DNA of 64,000 nt from Candidatus Latescibacterota bacterium (GTDB taxonomy: Bacteria; Latescibacterota; UBA2968; UBA8231): contig CBDCNM010000001.1 of the NCBI GenBank assembly GCA_965219385.1, forward strand, positions 856,631 to 920,630. Direction: 5' to 3'. The stretch's first letter is position 1, and each line of letters begins with the position of its first letter. Positions 59,330 to 64,000 of this stretch are shown here, piece after piece. Both the position numbers and the translations under genes were made by a program. The notes under the pieces were generated by a model, which was not told the DNA's origin, made no database searches, and saw only the letters and a program-made list of their open reading frames with translations.

Positions 59330-60556
59330 ATGGTTACCGAAGTTGTCATGCCGAAACTGGGACTTACCATGGAATCGGGCACCCTTGGTGCCTGGCTTGT
59401 GGAGGAAGGGCAGACTGTGCAAAAGGGAGAGCCCCTCCTCGAGGTTGTTACGGACAAAGTGACCATGGAGGTCGAAGCCCAAGCCACGGGGATCTTGCGC
59501 AAGATCCTCGTAGCGGCCGGGGTCGAGGTCGCGGTGGCCACCCCGATCGGGGTCATCGCCGATGAAGACGAGGATATAAGCTCTTTTCTGGCGGCGGAGT
59601 CTGCCCAGGCGGAGCAGGGTGGGGAAGTGAGGGCGGAAAAGCTTGAGGTGCCATCCCCGGCCACCGGAGATACCCAGGTTGCCGGGGCAAGGACGCCCCA
59701 CCGAGCTTCGCCCAAAGCGCGAAAAATGATAGCGGCTGCAGGGATCAATACCGCCCAGCTGCAGGGCAGTGGGCCCGGAGGGCGCATCGTCAGCGCGGAT
59801 GTGGAGGTCTACCTGGCCCGGCGGCCCGCTGCCGTCGAGTTGCAAAAGCCCGAGATAGGACTCCCTGCGGCAGAGGTCGGGGCCGGCGCCTTGGTCGACC
59901 TCACTCGACCTCAGCAGATCGCGGCCGAACGCCTCACCGCCAGTTCCCGGGATATACCGCACATCCACATAACCATGCACGTCTCCGGCGTCTGGCTCCG
60001 GCAACTCCGCGAGGGCTACAAGATTGAGGGCAAGAAGATTTCCTACAACGACCTGATCGTCAGGGCTACGGCCCGGGCCCTGAGTGATTTCCCCCGGATC
60101 AACAGCGTCCTCGAAGGCGACAAGGTCCGGCAATCCGAACAGGTGAATATAGGTATTGCCGCGGATACTCCCCAGGGACTTATGGTCCCGATCTTGCAGC
60201 AGGTTCCGGCCAAAAGCATCGAAGAGATCGCCGCGGAGAGCACGCGCCTCATCGATGCGGCCCGCCGCGGTGATTTGCGGCCCGACGACCTGATAGGGGG
60301 GACATTCACCATTTCCAATCTGGGGATGTTCGGGGTCTCCCAGTTCACCGCGATCATCAATCCTCCCCAGGTAGCTATTCTGGCGGTTGGGGCCCTGGAA
60401 CAACGCGTGGTGGCATTGGAGAATAATGCCCTGGCGGCCCGGCCTCAGCTCACCTTGAATCTGGCCGCGGATCACCGGGTGATCGATGGGGCTCTCGCCG
60501 CCCGTTTTCTACAGCGCTTGAAGGAGATTCTCGAAAGCCCGGGACTGCTTGGGTAA
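59330..60556 (+). CDS. Dihydrolipoamide acyltransferase (E2)
   Basis: Lipoyl motif TDKVTME, ASPKAR..GSGPGGRI, GTFTISNLG, DHRVIDGA. Confidence 0.93.
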   Translation: MVTEVVMPKLGLTMESGTLGAWLVEEGQTVQKGEPLLEVVTDKVTMEVEAQATGILRKILVAAGVEVAVATPIGVIADEDEDISSFLAAESAQAEQGGEVRAEKLEVPSPATGDTQVAGARTPHRASPKARKMIAAAGINTAQLQGSGPGGRIVSADVEVYLARRPAAVELQKPEIGLPAAEVGAGALVDLTRPQQIAAERLTASSRDIPHIHITMHVSGVWLRQLREGYKIEGKKISYNDLIVRATARALSDFPRINSVLEGDKVRQSEQVNIGIAADTPQGLMVPILQQVPAKSIEEIAAESTRLIDAARRGDLRPDDLIGGTFTISNLGMFGVSQFTAIINPPQVAILAVGALEQRVVALENNALAARPQLTLNLAADHRVIDGALAARFLQRLKEILESPGLLG

Positions 60557-60779
60557 AGAACGCGGCCGGGAGAAATCCCCGGCCTGGGACGGTCGCGTTG
60601 AACCGGCGGCGTCTTCCTTGACCTCGTCCTCTCTGCTGTTTATCTTCAGGTCCGTCCTCTCCGTTGTCAAACGTAAATAGCTTTACTTCAGCTCCTTGAG
60701 GATGCTCTGTGTCTGATTTTTCCCGGGATTTTGACGGAGGTCGGGTAGGCGCGGGCTTGCTGAAAGCAGGACAGGATAG

Positions 60780-62642
60780 ATGAAAATAGACAGGAAAACG
60801 CAGTTATCGCTCGCCTATGTAGTTTTATTCGTACTCCTGATACTCTATATACAGAACTTCTTTGTCCACCAGGTACACGAGGTGGAATACGGCCGATTCA
60901 GGCTGTGGGTGGAGGAGGGGAAGGTGCGGGAGTGCAGCATCGGGGACAAAACCATCCGTGGAATCAGCGATGAATACGGCCAGTTCGTCACCACCCGGGT
61001 AGATCCGGACCACGGCTTGGTCGAGTTGCTCGATAAACACGGGGTGGACTACAAGGGCGAGAAGGAGAATTGGTTTGCCAATCTGCTCGGCTGGGTGTTG
61101 CCGATCCTGATCTTTTTGGGGATATGGATGTTCATGGCCCGACGTCTGGGGGGAGGATCTGGCGGGCTGATGTCCATAGGCAAGAGCAAGGCCAAGGTCT
61201 ACATGGAAAAGGGGACCGGCATCACCTTCGAGGATGTTGCCGGCATCGACGAAGCCAAGGAGGAATTGAAAGAGGTTGTCGAGTTTCTCCAAACACCGGC
61301 CCGATTTCAGAGCCTGGGCGGTAGAATCCCGCGCGGAGTGCTCCTCATAGGTCCTCCGGGGACTGGCAAGACCCTGCTGGCCAAGGCGGTGGCAGGAGAG
61401 GCGGAAGTGCCGTTTTTTTCGATCAGTGGCTCCGATTTTGTGGAAATGTTTGTCGGGGTGGGGGCGGCTCGGGTCCGCGACCTTTTCGAACAGGCCAAGA
61501 AACACGCCCCGGCCATCATTTTCATCGACGAACTAGATGCCTTGGGCAAAGCGCGCGGGGCAGGATCCTTTGGAGGGCACGACGAACGAGAACAAACCCT
61601 GAACCAGCTGCTGACCGAATTGGATGGGTTCGATACCAATGTCGGCGTCATACTCATGGCCGCCACCAACCGGCCCGAAATTCTGGATCCGGCCCTTCTG
61701 CGCCCCGGCCGTTTCGACCGCACGGTGACCGTGGACCGGCCGGATGTAAAAGGCCGGGAGTCCATCTTGAATATTCATGCCCAGGAGGTTAAGCTGGGCG
61801 AGGATGTGGATCTCCACAAACTGGCGGTGCGGACCCCGGGTTTTGCCGGTGCCGATCTGGCCAACGTGATCAACGAGGCCGCTTTGTTGGCCGCCCGGCG
61901 CGACAAGCAGGCCATCACCATGGGAGAACTGGACGAAGCCATAGAACGCACGGTGGCTGGACTGGAGCGCAAAAGTCGGGTTTTAAGTGAAAAAGAGCGC
62001 CGCGTCGTCGCCTATCACGAGGCGGGTCACGCCATCGTCGGCGAAATATTGCCTCATTCCCATCCAATACAGAAAATCTCTATTGTCTCCCGTGGAAGGG
62101 CCCTGGGTTATGTGCTGAATCTGCCTACCGAAGACCGCTATACCATGAGCAAAGACGAATTGCTGGACGATATCTGCATGTCGCTGGGCGGGCGGGCGGC
62201 CGAGGAGATCGTGTTCAACGAGACCTGGACCGGGGCTGAAAACGACCTGCAAAAGGCCACGGAAATGGCCGAAAAAATGGTCAAGGAATACGGCATGAGC
62301 AAGCGTGCCGGCCTGGTAGCGCACACCGAAGATCGCAGCCAGCAGTACCTGGGTATGCCCGGACACAACAGGAACTACAGCGAGAAGACCGCCCAGCTGA
62401 TCGACGAGGAGATAGCCCAGATAATCAGCCACAATTTTGGCCGCGCCAAGCAGATCCTCACCGATAGAAGGGAAGTCCTGGAAACGCTGGTCGAGACGCT
62501 CCTCGAAAAAGAGGTTCTGGACGGCGATGAATTGCGGATGTTGTTGGGCGAGCCGGACGGGGCCGTGGAGGCGACCGGGGAAGAAGAGCCCCAGGGTTCA
62601 TCCGAGGAGGCCTCCGAAGATGCCACCCAGGCAGTGAAATAA
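60780..62642 (+). CDS. ftsH: ATP-dependent zinc metalloprotease FtsH
   Basis: Two TM segments, [30 protein letters not shown]. Confidence 0.97.
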   Translation: MKIDRKTQLSLAYVVLFVLLILYIQNFFVHQVHEVEYGRFRLWVEEGKVRECSIGDKTIRGISDEYGQFVTTRVDPDHGLVELLDKHGVDYKGEKENWFANLLGWVLPILIFLGIWMFMARRLGGGSGGLMSIGKSKAKVYMEKGTGITFEDVAGIDEAKEELKEVVEFLQTPARFQSLGGRIPRGVLLIGPPGTGKTLLAKAVAGEAEVPFFSISGSDFVEMFVGVGAARVRDLFEQAKKHAPAIIFIDELDALGKARGAGSFGGHDEREQTLNQLLTELDGFDTNVGVILMAATNRPEILDPALLRPGRFDRTVTVDRPDVKGRESILNIHAQEVKLGEDVDLHKLAVRTPGFAGADLANVINEAALLAARRDKQAITMGELDEAIERTVAGLERKSRVLSEKERRVVAYHEAGHAIVGEILPHSHPIQKISIVSRGRALGYVLNLPTEDRYTMSKDELLDDICMSLGGRAAEEIVFNETWTGAENDLQKATEMAEKMVKEYGMSKRAGLVAHTEDRSQQYLGMPGHNRNYSEKTAQLIDEEIAQIISHNFGRAKQILTDRREVLETLVETLLEKEVLDGDELRMLLGEPDGAVEATGEEEPQGSSEEASEDATQAVK

Positions 62643-63028
62643 GCCCGAGGCCTCAACAAACTTCGGTGATAACTTCGAGTTCGACCGTAGCCCCGAGGGG
62701 GAGTTCGAGGACCCCGATGGTCATGCGGTTTACCACCTGTGGTTGAGCGGTAAACCCTTCTGCCGAACAGACGAATCCCGTCGACGCACCAACTGCCGAG
62801 GTTGTCGAGGGGGCCAATCTCGGCTTTGAGGATGCTCAGCGCATTGAGCGCACAAAGCCTGGTCGCCTCGTAGCCTTCCTCCACACCGAGGTCTTTCCCC
62901 ACTCTGCCGGTGAATTCTATCTTCCCTGCTTTGAGAGGCAATTGGCCGGCAACGAAGATCAGATTGCCGCTGCGCACCGCGCGAGTGTAGGATCCGGCGG
63001 GTTGGGGAGGGGGGGGTAGTTCCAGCCC
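62639..63028 (-). pseudogene. RidA/YjgF-family gene, IS-truncated and frameshifted
   Basis: LELPPPPQPAGSY..GNLIFVAGQLP..ATRLCALN, then frame breaks; 5' end replaced by an IS. Confidence 0.75.
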
Positions 63029-63031
63029 TAA

Positions 63032-63360
63032 GAAGCTGTTGAGTTATTCAGATGCATTTAGCGACCGTAATCTTTATCATGGCAATACGAATCATGTTCT
63101 CTGCGGATTGGGTGAGGATTTCGAAGTCTTTGGCCAAGCGTCGAAATCCACCCAACCAAGCCAAGGTTCGTTCGATGATCCAGCGTTTGGGCACCACTTG
63201 GAACCCTTGGGTTGGTTTATCCGCTATATCGAGTCGCAACCCCAACAGGTTTTCAACGAATGCAACGGTGGTACCGCGATAGCCTTGGTCGCCGCAGAAG
63301 GCTTCGACCACCGAATCATACTTTTCCGCGACCCGATCACATACGTCCCATCCTTGGCTA
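63032..63360 (-). mobile_element. IS5-family 3' portion interrupted by another IS
   Basis: GDQGYRG, KRWIIERTLAWL, RRLAKDFE; end GAAGCTGTT after TAA. Confidence 0.8.
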
Positions 63361-64000
63361 GGCTGTGTACGATAATTGCTTGAAATAGTATTGGGACGTG
63401 GTATACTCTCTTTCAACCATTGAATCGAAGGAGGGGATACCGATGGCCCGCTACGACTTAACCGATGAAGAATTTGCCCTGCTAAAGCCGTTGTTACCTG
63501 CCGAACGGTCGGGCAAACCGGGCTGCCCTTATCGGAGTCATCGCCAAGTGCTCAACGGCATTTTCTGGATTTTACGCACCGGCGCGCCTTGGCGCGATTT
63601 GCCCCCCCGGTACGGCCCTTGGAGCACGGGGGCCGACCGGTTTCGTCGTTGGGAACAAAAAGGCTTATGGCAACAGATCCTGGATGCGTTAGAAGCCCAA
63701 GCGCGCCATATGGATCAGATCGATTTTACGTTCGCCGCCCTCGATGGGAGCATCGTTCGGGCGCATAAAGCAGCCGCCGGGGCAAAAAAAACATAAATGG
63801 TGTTTCCATAAGCCGTGAAGAAAGCCTTCAAAAACAGGGGCTTGGGCAAAGCCGTGGCGGCTATACCACCAAAATTCATGTCCTTTGTGAAGGGGCGGGC
63901 AAGCCCATCACGGTTACCATAACCCCGGGTCAGCAGCATGAATCCACCCAGGTAGACGCCTTGCTCGATTCAGTGGCCATTGGAGGCAAACCCGGTCCCA
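63361..64000 (+). mobile_element. IS5-family (IS427-like) element, runs off the window
   Basis: ORF from 63443 MARYDLTDEEF, RTGAPWRDLP, DGSIVRAH; A8 frameshift site; left boundary approximate. Confidence 0.85.

Overview
GC-rich bacterial chromosomal segment. A QNYPNPFN/FlgD-Ig C-terminal domain, PQQ propeller, heparinase and sulfotransferase content suggest an FCB-group organism such as Latescibacterota, possibly host-associated (inference only). Main results: (1) A diversity-generating retroelement: RT 11594-12505, template repeat 12514-12638, and an FGE-sulfatase/CLec lipoprotein target 13027-13908 with variable repeat 13771-13898. It has RT-TR-target order, no avd, an apparently shortened RT N-terminus, and an IS5 inserted at the target stop codon that displaces the downstream hairpins. 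(2) An integron-like array at 31605-36500: a tyrosine recombinase lacking the IntI-specific insertion lies co-oriented upstream of attC-like-bounded cassettes (GNAT, PCM-like methyltransferase, IS-split Nudix). (3) A close bacterial homologue of animal ANKH, and a catalytically degenerate UvrA paralogue. (4) IS5-family expansion with a MITE, 9-bp footprints and many gene remnants, including a multiply inactivated ECF sigma/anti-sigma pair. The remainder is mostly housekeeping and transport: Amt with a sensor kinase, modABC, btu-like ABC, DHOR-Rieske-porin, OFOR alpha/beta, hemE, mocA-xdhC, E2 acyltransferase and ftsH. All alignments were done by eye and no database searches were run.
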